64,000 nucleotides of DNA, taken from Pyrinomonadales bacterium (GTDB lineage: Bacteria > Acidobacteriota > Blastocatellia > Pyrinomonadales > Pyrinomonadaceae). Numbering within the stretch: the first letter of the stretch is position 1; each line of letters starts with the position of its first letter. The position numbers and the translations under genes are program-made. Shown here piece after piece: positions 34,995-43,725 of the stretch. Under the pieces are notes generated by a model that was given only the letters and a program-made list of their open reading frames with translations, searched no databases and was not told the DNA's origin. The stretch lies in assembly GCA_038226395.1 (NCBI GenBank), contig JBBRQM010000004.1, positions 5,243 to 69,242 of the forward strand, given 5' to 3'.

Positions 34995-35813
34995 ATGCGC
35001 GAAGAGCTTGTAAATCTTATTCTTGAGCGATTGACCCGCGACGCGGAAAAGATTGCCACCGATTTTTCGACCATAAAAATTTTGGCAACCCGGTTTTGTG
35101 CAATCGACGATCTGCTGCCATTAGAAATTGCCCGTAAGATCGCGGCCGCTTTCCCGCCGGTCGATGAAATGCGTCTGCTCAACAGTTTTCGCGAGCGAAA
35201 ATATACTTCAAAGTCGCTCGACAAATTTGATCCGCTGATCGCCGACATTACTTTTGCATTTCAGGACGAACGCGTGATCAATTTAGTCGCCGAGATTACC
35301 GGGATCAAAGACGCAATTGGTGATCCGCACCTTTACGCCGGCGGAGTGAGCGCAATGGAACGCGGGCATTTTCTAAATCCGCACATCGATAATTCGCACG
35401 ACGGCTCGCGACAGAATTACCGCGTGCTCAATCTGCTCTACTACATCACGCCCGATTGGCGAGCCGAAAACGGCGGAAATCTCGAGCTGTGGGACGAAAA
35501 GGTGATCAATCCGGTCGAAATCCCGAGCCTCTTTAACCGCCTCGTGCTGATGTCAACAAACGACAAATCATGGCACTCGGTTAATGAGGTCAAATCGGAA
35601 GGCCTTCGCCGCTGCATCTCAAATTATTACTTCTCGCCACACTCGCCAAACGGTTATGAAACCTCGCACGTGACATACTTCATGGCCCGGCCCGAACAGA
35701 AAATCAGGCGGCTGGTGACCCGAGTTGACAGCGACCTGCGCACCATCCTCCGCAAAATAAAAAGAAGCGGTTTCGGTAAAAAAGACGTTTTCGAAGGCAC
35801 GGGCAAGAAATAG
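34995..35813 (+). CDS. 2OG-Fe(II) oxygenase (prolyl 4-hydroxylase-like)
   Basis: HIDNSHD (HxD), GGNLELWD and SWHSV fit the 2OG-oxygenase facial triad pattern. ATG at 34995 is preferred over 34884. Confidence 0.72.
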   Translation: MREELVNLILERLTRDAEKIATDFSTIKILATRFCAIDDLLPLEIARKIAAAFPPVDEMRLLNSFRERKYTSKSLDKFDPLIADITFAFQDERVINLVAEITGIKDAIGDPHLYAGGVSAMERGHFLNPHIDNSHDGSRQNYRVLNLLYYITPDWRAENGGNLELWDEKVINPVEIPSLFNRLVLMSTNDKSWHSVNEVKSEGLRRCISNYYFSPHSPNGYETSHVTYFMARPEQKIRRLVTRVDSDLRTILRKIKRSGFGKKDVFEGTGKK

Positions 35814-35853
35814 TGTCAGTTGACAAAATCATCGTTTGGCGTAGAGTAAATCT

Positions 35854-36630
35854 ATGCAAGCAATAGCACCTTTATTTGGCGTTTTAATCGCTCTGGTCGT
35901 CATTATCGCGTCTGGCATACGTATCGCACAGGAATACGAGCGGGCGGTAGTTTTTCGCCTTGGACGCTATACCGGGATAAAGGGGCCGGGCATCTATTAT
36001 CTGATCCCGCTGATTGACCGCCAGCAAAAGGTTGACACCCGAACGGCGACCGTCAATCTCGAACAGCAAGAGACGATAACCAAAGACAGCGTCACGATCA
36101 AGGTCAACGCCGTACTTTGGTTTCGGATCGTCGAAGCGTCAAAAGCTATTTTAGAAGTCGTCGATTACAAGCAGGCAGTTTATCAGTTTTCTGTTACCGC
36201 CCTAAGAAATATCATTGGCCAGCACTCGCTTGACGAAGTTTTGAAAGGCCGTGAGCAGATCAATCAAACTCTCCAAACAATCGTTGACGCGACGACCGAG
36301 CCGTGGGGCATCAAGATCGAAATGGTCGAGATGAAGGATGTGGAGATACCAGAATCGATGCAGCGTGCGATGGCCCGAGAGGCCGAAGCTATCCGCGAAA
36401 AACGCGCCCGCATCGTCAAAGCCGAAGCCGAGCTCGAAGCTTCGATCAAGCTAACTCAGGGTGCAACCCAGATGGAGGCGAGCCCGATAGCTCTGGAGCT
36501 AAGGCGTTTTCAGATGCTCTCCGAGATCGGCATCGACAACAATACGACCACGATCGTGCTGATACCCTCGGAATTTTCCGAAGCCGCACGCGGTGTCGCG
36601 ATGATGGGTAAGCTCAAAAAGACGGAGTGA
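35854..36630 (+). CDS. SPFH/band-7 (stomatin-like) protein
   Basis: N-terminal TM helix, then IRIAQEYERAVVFRLGRY and EAEAIREKRARIVKAEAE, typical of stomatin/slipin. Confidence 0.88.
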   Translation: MQAIAPLFGVLIALVVIIASGIRIAQEYERAVVFRLGRYTGIKGPGIYYLIPLIDRQQKVDTRTATVNLEQQETITKDSVTIKVNAVLWFRIVEASKAILEVVDYKQAVYQFSVTALRNIIGQHSLDEVLKGREQINQTLQTIVDATTEPWGIKIEMVEMKDVEIPESMQRAMAREAEAIREKRARIVKAEAELEASIKLTQGATQMEASPIALELRRFQMLSEIGIDNNTTTIVLIPSEFSEAARGVAMMGKLKKTE

Positions 36631-36640
36631 TTCCCTTCGT

Positions 36641-39600
36641 CTATTCGATAATTATCTCATCGACAAAAATAAATGCCTCATCGCCGGCACCCGGATGCCA
36701 CGAAGGTATCTTGCCGAGATTATAGGCATGGACGCGGACGTAACGGGCGGTGACAGGCGTGATCTTTTTTGTGTAGTCGCGAATAGTGTCTTTCATATCA
36801 TCAACAGCGACATCGGTTTTGACGTCGGCGACCTGCGTAAAATTCACGCCATCCTGCGACGTCTCAAACTCGACATGCGTCGGCATCCATATCCACGAAC
36901 GGGCATTTTGCAAAAATCCGCCTCCTAGCCGTTTGATCTCGGTCTCTTTTTGCAGATCGACCGTCGCTACAAAATCCTGTCCCTGATAACCCTGCCACTC
37001 GCCCGAAGCAAAATTGACCATCCCGCGAATTCCGTCGATCAACCCTTCGTCCCCACCGCCCGTGTATTGCCGATTGTATTTGCCTTCGATCTTGACCGTC
37101 CAGTCGTTGGGTTTCTTGATGAACTTCGCTTCAACTACAGGGCTTTGGTTTCCGGGAGAAAAGTACGCAAATGCCTTAACAACGGTGGTTGAGTTCAGTA
37201 CGATGGGATTGTTATAGACTTTTGACAATTGAGTGGGCATTGTTCCATCAGTCGTATAAAAAACAAGATTGTCCTTGCCTATTTTATCAATTGTTATCAA
37301 AGTTTTTTCTGTGAACATGCGTTCACCACCCATAACCGGAACTGCAACGGATACACCTTGAATTGACGAGACCGGGAATTCGCTAAACGCCGTCATGACC
37401 GGCTGATCGGTCATCGTAAATTCGATCACGTCGCCTTTCATCAGGTCTTCGTGCGAGATGAATGCTTTTTTATACCGAGCGCCGTTGAGCTTTGCGTTGA
37501 GAATGTATTTATTCGTCGCCGAGACATTCTTTGCTCTTACCGTGAAGGTCTTGCCGTTCTCAAGCCGATATGTCATTACGGGAAACAGCGGCGTACCAAA
37601 AGCGTAAATGGCCGATCCGGGAGTGACCTCGTAAAAACCGCTCGCGCTCATAATGTACCACGCCGACATCTGTCCGCAGTCCTCGTTTCCGATCAATCCG
37701 TCGGGCGCCGGTTTGTAGAATTCATCCATGATCTTGCGGACAAAATTCTGCGTTTTCCATGGCTGGCCAGCGTAGTCGTAGAGGTAAGCGATATGATGCG
37801 AAGGCTCATTGCCGTGTGCGTATTGGCCGATCAAGCCGGTGATATCTGGCTGTTCGCGGCCCTCGAGTTTGTCCTTTGTGTTAAAAAGCTCATCGAGTTT
37901 CGCGGCAAATTTCTCGCGTCCGCCCTGTAGCTCCAATAGCCGCGTGATATCCTGCGGGACAAAGAACGAGTACACCCAACTATTCCCTTCAGTGAAATTG
38001 AAAGTCACTTCGTTCGGTGCAAACGGCGTAACAAAACCGCCGTTCTTCCTGGGGCGCATAAAGCCGGTTGTGGGGTCGAAGAGGTTTTCGAACGACCGGG
38101 CACGCTTTGAGTATTTTTCATAGTCGGCGGCGTATTGCTTTTCGGGCAGATCGCTCTGGAGAGCTTTGTTCGTGGTAAGCAGCCAGGCCTCGTATCGCTG
38201 GCCCATGATCCTTGCCATTTGCGCTATACACCAGTCGTCGTAGGCGTATTCAAGGGTTTTTGAGACCGATTCGTTCTCGTCCTCCATCGAGATGTAGCCC
38301 CGGCGTTTGTAGGCGGCCAGCCCAAAATGGTCGAGTTCGGCGGAGTGCTTTGCAGCTTCGTAGGCCTTTTCGTAATCGAATCCCTTGATCCCCTTCACCA
38401 TCGCGTCGGCGATGACCGAGACGGCGTGGTAGCCGATCATTGTGTCTGTCTCGTTGCCGGCAAGTTCCCATACGGGCAACCGTCCACTCTGTTCATACTG
38501 GCGGATAAATGTGTTGATAAAATCAACCGTGCGTTTCTGGTCGATAATCGTATAAAGCGGATGCGCCGCACGGAAGGTGTCCCATAAACTGAAGACCGTA
38601 TATTCATCTGAATGACGCGGAGAGGGTGAGACGCCGGGACGCGGAGATTTGCTGGTTGAGAGGTCGCCGCGTCGCCACGTCCCCGTGTCGCCGCGTCTTT
38701 CCTCATCGGCGATGTTATGCACCTTCCCATCATGCCCGCGATAATTACCGTCAACATCATTAAAAATATTCGGCTGGATCATTGTATGATACAGCGCAGT
38801 GTAAAATGTGCGTGTCTGGGCATCAGTTCCGCCCGACACCTCGATCTTCGACAGCTCTTTGTTCCACGCCGCTTTTGCATCGGCATGCACCTTGTCAAAA
38901 TCCCAGCCCGGCATCTCAGCCGCGAGATTCTTGCGGGCTCCTTCGATAGAAACCGGTGAGAGAGCGACTTTAAGTAGGATAGGCTCGTTAGTTTGGCCGA
39001 AATCGAACGCGACTTTTACATCCTTGCCTCTGCGATAGACATGTTCCGATGTTATGGATTTGTCGACTGTTGGACGATTTGCTTTGACTGAGCGCCAAGG
39101 CTTTGAAAACTCCGCGACAAAAAATACCGTCTGATTCTTGGCCCATGAACTTGAAATTCGGTAGCCTTCGATACGATTCTCGCCGACCCTTGAAAATTCG
39201 GATTCCACAACTTTATCTCGCCAAGTCAGATCAAGAATTATGCTAGCTTTGTTTGATTTGGGGAACGTATATCGATGTAATCCAACCCGAGTCGTCGACG
39301 TCAATTCGGCGAGAATGTCGTCATCTTCTAGTTTCACGGAATAATATCCCGGCTCGGCTTTTTCATTAGCATGTGAGAATTTCGACGCATAACCGTTTAC
39401 AGACTTGTCTCCTTCCTTTGCAAAAAACTGAGGCTCGCCGACCGTCGGCATAAACAAAATGTCGCAATAATCCGGAATGCCCGTGCCGCTCAAGTGCGTA
39501 TGCGAAAATCCGTAGATGACGTCGTCGGAGTAGTGATAGCCCGAGCTGCCGTCCCAGTTGTCGGTGCGGGTGTCAGGCGATAGTTGGACCATGCCGAACG

Positions 39601-39790
39601 GCATCGTCGCACCGGGAAACGTATGCCCGTGCCCGCCCGTGCCGATGAATGGGTTTACCCATTTCGTGAAGTCGCGCGTTTGTGCAGTGAGCGGTAAGCA
39701 GTAAGCGGCGAGCAGCAAAAGCAAACCGCAGAGACGCGGAAAAAACTGATTTCCTTTTTTTGCCTTTTGCCTTTTTACTTTTGCCTTCAT
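36641..39790 (-). CDS. GH92 alpha-mannosidase with C-terminal CHB_HEX_C-like and F5/8 type C (discoidin) domains
   Basis: GTGGHGHTFPGATMPFGMVQLSPDT, FSLWDTFRAAHPL and GNEPSHHIAYLY are GH92 blocks. The C-terminal part with FYTTDGTMPT and WHPGAGDEAFIFVDEI looks carbohydrate-binding. Confidence 0.85.
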   Translation of the reverse strand: MKAKVKRQKAKKGNQFFPRLCGLLLLLAAYCLPLTAQTRDFTKWVNPFIGTGGHGHTFPGATMPFGMVQLSPDTRTDNWDGSSGYHYSDDVIYGFSHTHLSGTGIPDYCDILFMPTVGEPQFFAKEGDKSVNGYASKFSHANEKAEPGYYSVKLEDDDILAELTSTTRVGLHRYTFPKSNKASIILDLTWRDKVVESEFSRVGENRIEGYRISSSWAKNQTVFFVAEFSKPWRSVKANRPTVDKSITSEHVYRRGKDVKVAFDFGQTNEPILLKVALSPVSIEGARKNLAAEMPGWDFDKVHADAKAAWNKELSKIEVSGGTDAQTRTFYTALYHTMIQPNIFNDVDGNYRGHDGKVHNIADEERRGDTGTWRRGDLSTSKSPRPGVSPSPRHSDEYTVFSLWDTFRAAHPLYTIIDQKRTVDFINTFIRQYEQSGRLPVWELAGNETDTMIGYHAVSVIADAMVKGIKGFDYEKAYEAAKHSAELDHFGLAAYKRRGYISMEDENESVSKTLEYAYDDWCIAQMARIMGQRYEAWLLTTNKALQSDLPEKQYAADYEKYSKRARSFENLFDPTTGFMRPRKNGGFVTPFAPNEVTFNFTEGNSWVYSFFVPQDITRLLELQGGREKFAAKLDELFNTKDKLEGREQPDITGLIGQYAHGNEPSHHIAYLYDYAGQPWKTQNFVRKIMDEFYKPAPDGLIGNEDCGQMSAWYIMSASGFYEVTPGSAIYAFGTPLFPVMTYRLENGKTFTVRAKNVSATNKYILNAKLNGARYKKAFISHEDLMKGDVIEFTMTDQPVMTAFSEFPVSSIQGVSVAVPVMGGERMFTEKTLITIDKIGKDNLVFYTTDGTMPTQLSKVYNNPIVLNSTTVVKAFAYFSPGNQSPVVEAKFIKKPNDWTVKIEGKYNRQYTGGGDEGLIDGIRGMVNFASGEWQGYQGQDFVATVDLQKETEIKRLGGGFLQNARSWIWMPTHVEFETSQDGVNFTQVADVKTDVAVDDMKDTIRDYTKKITPVTARYVRVHAYNLGKIPSWHPGAGDEAFIFVDEIIIE
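38614..38697. repeat. in-frame GC-rich word-hairpin inside the GH92 gene
   Basis: The plus strand reads GACGCGGAGAGGGTGAGACGCCGGGACGCGGAGA ... GTCGCCGCGTCGCCACGTCCCCGTGTCGCCGCGTC. It is translated (minus strand) as EERRGDTGTWRRGDLSTSKSPRPGVSPSPRHS, just before the conserved YTVFSLWDTF. Confidence 0.7.
39691..39787. repeat. GCAAAAG-word hairpin that encodes the GH92 signal peptide
   Basis: The coding-strand arm AAGGCAAAAGTAAAAAGGCAAAAGGCAAAAAAAGG encodes KAKVKRQKAKKG. The complementary arm TTGCTTTTGCTGCTCGCC encodes LLLLLA. Confidence 0.6.
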
Positions 39791-39957
39791 TTCTTAGCCC
39801 ATGTCCCAAACTTGTCCCTTATCTTATGAGGACACCCAACTCACGACTCATTACGCACATCAGGCGGCGTAGTAAAGGCAATGAATAGGCAAGAAGAAAC
39901 GATCTTGACGCCTTTTTCTAAAGCTGATAATAACTGAAGTGTGCTAATTGATGGCTG

Positions 39958-40497
39958 CTAACCGATGAACATCTCTTCGTCCTCGTAAACGCGGTCGATC
40001 TGTTTTGGGGTGGGGGCGAAGAGAACCTCGAGTCCCTTTTTAACACCGGCCATGATGGCGGCGATCTCGCGGGCCGGAACGACGATCTTTGCGTTAACAA
40101 AGTCGGTCGTATTTGTGACCTGTAGATGCGTCCGGTCGATGGTGCGGCTGACCATTTCAACCTTGTCCCTGGCGGTAATTGCCGTTTCGCCCACGAGTAT
40201 CTTTAGCTCGGCGACCTCCTGCTTGATAAGCTGGGTCGATTCGGCAAGGTATTTTGTGGTCAACGACAAATTGGCCGAAATTTCGTTAAAATGCACCGAT
40301 ATCTCGCGGCCCTGAGCGCTGATCGCATCGACTTTTACGATCAGCGGCTCGACCCGCTCCTCGATGTTATGGACCGTTTTTACAACGCGTTTGACCGTGA
40401 TCGCGATCCACAACAGAGCGATCGCCATAAAGACAAAACTGACCGCAATAACGATCGACGAAATCATCTGCCAGAATTGGGGGTCGCTTGTATTCAT
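39958..40497 (-). CDS. DUF948-like membrane-anchored coiled-coil protein
   Basis: N-terminal TM helix (ISSIVIAVSFVFMAIALLWIAI) followed by coiled-coil-like sequence. Adjacent to a YtxH gene, as is commonly seen. Confidence 0.55.
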   Translation of the reverse strand: MNTSDPQFWQMISSIVIAVSFVFMAIALLWIAITVKRVVKTVHNIEERVEPLIVKVDAISAQGREISVHFNEISANLSLTTKYLAESTQLIKQEVAELKILVGETAITARDKVEMVSRTIDRTHLQVTNTTDFVNAKIVVPAREIAAIMAGVKKGLEVLFAPTPKQIDRVYEDEEMFIG

Positions 40498-40500
40498 CGT

Positions 40501-40941
40501 CTATTTGTTTTCTTTATTGTCGTCCGCGACCGGATAGCTCGCCCGGCCCTCGGTGATCGCTTTTGCCTCGTTCTTGCGCTTTTCGGTAGTGTAGGCGTCC
40601 TTGCCGGCCTCGATCGCAGCTGAAAAAGGATTTGCAGTATTTGCTGCGACCGATTTAGCTTTTTCGGTCAATTCACCGGCCTTTTCGGCTGCGGTCTGGT
40701 AAAGCTCGCTCGCCTTATCACGCGAAACTTCGTAATAATCGCCTGCTTTTTCCTGTATCTGAGCCGCGGCTTCCTTGCTTTTTTCGATGCCCTTGCGCGT
40801 AACATCGGCGATGTCACCGCGAAGCTCTTCGCCCGATTTTGGGGCAAAAAGCAATGCCAAAATGGCACCTATTCCGCCGCCAACGATCAAATATGTCAGC
40901 TTGGTAGCTGCATTTGTTTCTTCTCTCTCATTACGTCCCAT
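40501..40941 (-). CDS. YtxH domain protein
   Basis: LIVGGGIGAILALLFAPKSGEELRGDI is the YtxH signature. Confidence 0.75.
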   Translation of the reverse strand: MGRNEREETNAATKLTYLIVGGGIGAILALLFAPKSGEELRGDIADVTRKGIEKSKEAAAQIQEKAGDYYEVSRDKASELYQTAAEKAGELTEKAKSVAANTANPFSAAIEAGKDAYTTEKRKNEAKAITEGRASYPVADDNKENK

Positions 40942-41070
40942 GATAGTTCCTCCCTTGCATTATAAATGCGTCATATACAACAAATTTCTGCTATGCCACA
41001 ACTATAACAAAAAGTTGGCGTTTGGGGCAAAGAAAAATTTGCAGTTCGTAAAACCTGTCGGTAGGAGAAA

Positions 41071-41115
41071 ATGCAGACGGGCATTCGATTTGTTACAATT
41101 TTTGTTTGCTCGTAG
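41071..41115 (+). promoter_or_regulatory. candidate upstream ORF (MQTGIRFVTIFVCS*) ending 3 nt before lepA
   Basis: AGGAG SD at 41063-41067 and ATG at 41071. The TAG at 41113-41115 is followed by CTT and then the lepA ATG. lepA has no SD of its own. Confidence 0.3.
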
Positions 41116-41118
41116 CTT

Positions 41119-42921
41119 ATGGATCCGAACCTGATACGAAATTTTTCGATAATTGCCCACATCGATCACGGCAAATCGACGCTCGCCGACCGTCTGCTGC
41201 AAATTACAGGAGCTGTTGCGGAGCGTGATATGGAGGCACAGCTGCTCGACGATATGGATCTCGAGCGCGAACGCGGCATCACGATCAAGGCTCATGCCGT
41301 AAGGCTCGATTACAAAGCAAATGATGGCAAGCAATACGTCCTGAACCTGATCGACACGCCGGGACATGTCGATTTTTCATACGAGGTTTCGCGGTCTCTA
41401 TCCGCCTGTGAGGGCGCTTTGCTTGTGGTGGATGCGTCGCAGGGCGTCGAGGCTCAGACGCTGGCCAACACGTATTTAGCTATCGAAAATGACCTCGAAT
41501 TAATTCCGGTGCTAAACAAAATCGATCTGCCCTCGGCTGAGCCTGAGCGAATTCGCGAGCAGATCGAGAACATCATAGGTATTGACGCCAGCGAGGCTGT
41601 TTTGGCATCGGCAAAATCGGGCATCGGCATCGAAGAAATTCTCGAAACGATAGTCGCCAAGGTTCCGCCGCCAAAAGGTGACCGCAGCGCGCCGCTAAAG
41701 GCTCTCATTTTTGATAGTTGGTATGACAGCTATCGAGGCGTCATCGTGCTGTTTCGCATAATCGACGGCTCGCTCAAAAAAGGCACAAAGATCAAGTTTT
41801 TCAACACCGGTCGTGAATATCTGGTCGAGACCATAGGCGTGAACCGCCCGCGGCCGACGCTGATTGGCGAGCTTGGGGCGGGCGAGGTCGGCTTTCTAAC
41901 TGCTTCGATCAAGACCGTTGCGGATGTGCAGATCGGCGACACGATCACCGATGCGGCGAGACCAGTGGCCGAGCCGTTACCCGGTTTTCAGGAAGTAAAA
42001 CCGATGGTTTTTGCCGGGCTTTATCCGATAGATTCGGCGCAGTACGAGGACCTTCGCGATGCGATGGAAAAGCTGCGGCTCAACGACGCCTCGTTTTTCT
42101 TTGAGCCTGAATCGTCAACTGCTCTCGGCTTCGGCTTTCGCTGCGGTTTTCTCGGTTTGCTCCACATGGAGATCATCCAGGAGCGGCTGGAGCGCGAATT
42201 CGATCTTGAATTGATCACCACCGCGCCGGGCGTGCGTTACCGAGTGACGACGACCGACGGCGTGGTCGCCGAGATCGACAGCCCATCAAAAATGCCAGAT
42301 GTGGGCCGGATCACAAAGATCGAAGAGCCGTTTATCGAGGCTACGATACTGACAAACGATACTTTTCTCGGCGGGATATTGCCACTGCTCGACGAAAAAC
42401 GCGGCGTCCAGAAAAAATTTGAGTATGTTACAACCGATCGCGTGATGCTTGTTTACGAGCTGCCGCTAAACGAGATCGTACTGGATTTTTACGACCGATT
42501 GAAATCTGTTTCAAAGGGTTACGCCTCGCTCGATTATCATCTGTCGGGGTACAAAGAGAGTAAACTGGTCAAGCTCGACGTCCTCGTATCGGGCGAGCCG
42601 GTCGACGCACTTTCGCTGATAATGCATTCCGACACCGCGACCGCTAAGGGCCGCATTCTTGTCGCCAAGATGAAGGAACTAATCCCACGACAAATGTTCG
42701 AGGTCGCCATCCAGGCCGCCATCGGCAACAAAGTCATCGCCCGCGAAACCGTCAAAGCCATGGGCAAAAACGTCATCGCCAAATGCTACGGCGGCGACAT
42801 CTCCAGGAAGCGCAAGTTGCTCGAAAAGCAAAAAGAAGGTAAAAAACGCATGAAAAAAGTCGGCCGCGTCGAGATCCCGCAAGAAGCGTTTTTGGCGGTT
42901 TTGAAAGTCAACGAAAGTTAG
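41119..42921 (+). CDS. lepA: elongation factor 4
   Basis: [30 protein letters not shown] and the LepA-specific C-terminal domain. Confidence 0.97.
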   Translation: MDPNLIRNFSIIAHIDHGKSTLADRLLQITGAVAERDMEAQLLDDMDLERERGITIKAHAVRLDYKANDGKQYVLNLIDTPGHVDFSYEVSRSLSACEGALLVVDASQGVEAQTLANTYLAIENDLELIPVLNKIDLPSAEPERIREQIENIIGIDASEAVLASAKSGIGIEEILETIVAKVPPPKGDRSAPLKALIFDSWYDSYRGVIVLFRIIDGSLKKGTKIKFFNTGREYLVETIGVNRPRPTLIGELGAGEVGFLTASIKTVADVQIGDTITDAARPVAEPLPGFQEVKPMVFAGLYPIDSAQYEDLRDAMEKLRLNDASFFFEPESSTALGFGFRCGFLGLLHMEIIQERLEREFDLELITTAPGVRYRVTTTDGVVAEIDSPSKMPDVGRITKIEEPFIEATILTNDTFLGGILPLLDEKRGVQKKFEYVTTDRVMLVYELPLNEIVLDFYDRLKSVSKGYASLDYHLSGYKESKLVKLDVLVSGEPVDALSLIMHSDTATAKGRILVAKMKELIPRQMFEVAIQAAIGNKVIARETVKAMGKNVIAKCYGGDISRKRKLLEKQKEGKKRMKKVGRVEIPQEAFLAVLKVNES

Positions 42922-42944
42922 TTGCTGGAAGTAAGCCTTAGCAT

Positions 42945-43661
42945 TTGTCGAACCTTTGCGACAACATTGTGGAAAATAATATCAAATGTACTTTTTGTGA
43001 AAAGTTAGCAGATTCGAAAGATCATATTCCGTCTAGGAATCTACTTGAGAAACCATTTCCAAAGAATTTACTGACTGTTCCTTCTTGTAGAGAATGCAAT
43101 CAATCATTCTCTTTAGATGAAGAGTATTTTTTGAACGTGCTAGTTGAAATCTCTAATAATCCGAAGCTTGTTGCCCGAAAATCACTTGGAGGAAATGTCT
43201 ACAAAGCGAGACAGCGTTCGCCAAAGTTAAAAGCCAAAATTGAAAAATCTTATTTCCAAAATGAAAATGGAAAGTATTACTTTAAGACAGAGTACGACAG
43301 AATTAAAAGGGTAATAGAAAAGAACGCCTTAGGCTTGTATTATTTTAAATATAAGAAAAGAATGAGTTTAGGTTCCTTTAATTGCACCGGCTTTTATCCG
43401 TTCGAAGTTGAAGAAAATAGGCCGGCGGAAATATTTATGTTGACTTACTCTGAAAAATTCAAAATCAAGAAGTGGATTCACATTCAACCAAATGTATTTT
43501 CTTTTATAGTCGTAAGAGACTGGACAAGAAACAACAGATTTACAATGATATTTCATGTCCATAACACGGTTTGGTGCATTATTGAAATACCTCATCCGGC
43601 CTCGAACAAATCTGGCTCTAATAAAAGATATAAAACCAACCAACCAACATTATTTTCGTAA
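42945..43661 (+). CDS. HNH-type endonuclease-like protein on an AT-rich insert
   Basis: [20 protein letters not shown]...SCRECNQSF has a CxxC...DH...CxxCN layout like HNH_5-type nucleases. The gene is visibly more AT-rich than lepA and manB. The exact start is uncertain (TTG 42945 or GTG 42969). Confidence 0.55.
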   Translation: MSNLCDNIVENNIKCTFCEKLADSKDHIPSRNLLEKPFPKNLLTVPSCRECNQSFSLDEEYFLNVLVEISNNPKLVARKSLGGNVYKARQRSPKLKAKIEKSYFQNENGKYYFKTEYDRIKRVIEKNALGLYYFKYKKRMSLGSFNCTGFYPFEVEENRPAEIFMLTYSEKFKIKKWIHIQPNVFSFIVVRDWTRNNRFTMIFHVHNTVWCIIEIPHPASNKSGSNKRYKTNQPTLFS

Positions 43662-43725
43662 AAAATGTCAGTATCACTCACTATTTTAACTTTAGACGTA
43701 GACTAAAAAACGTTGAGGTTCAGCC

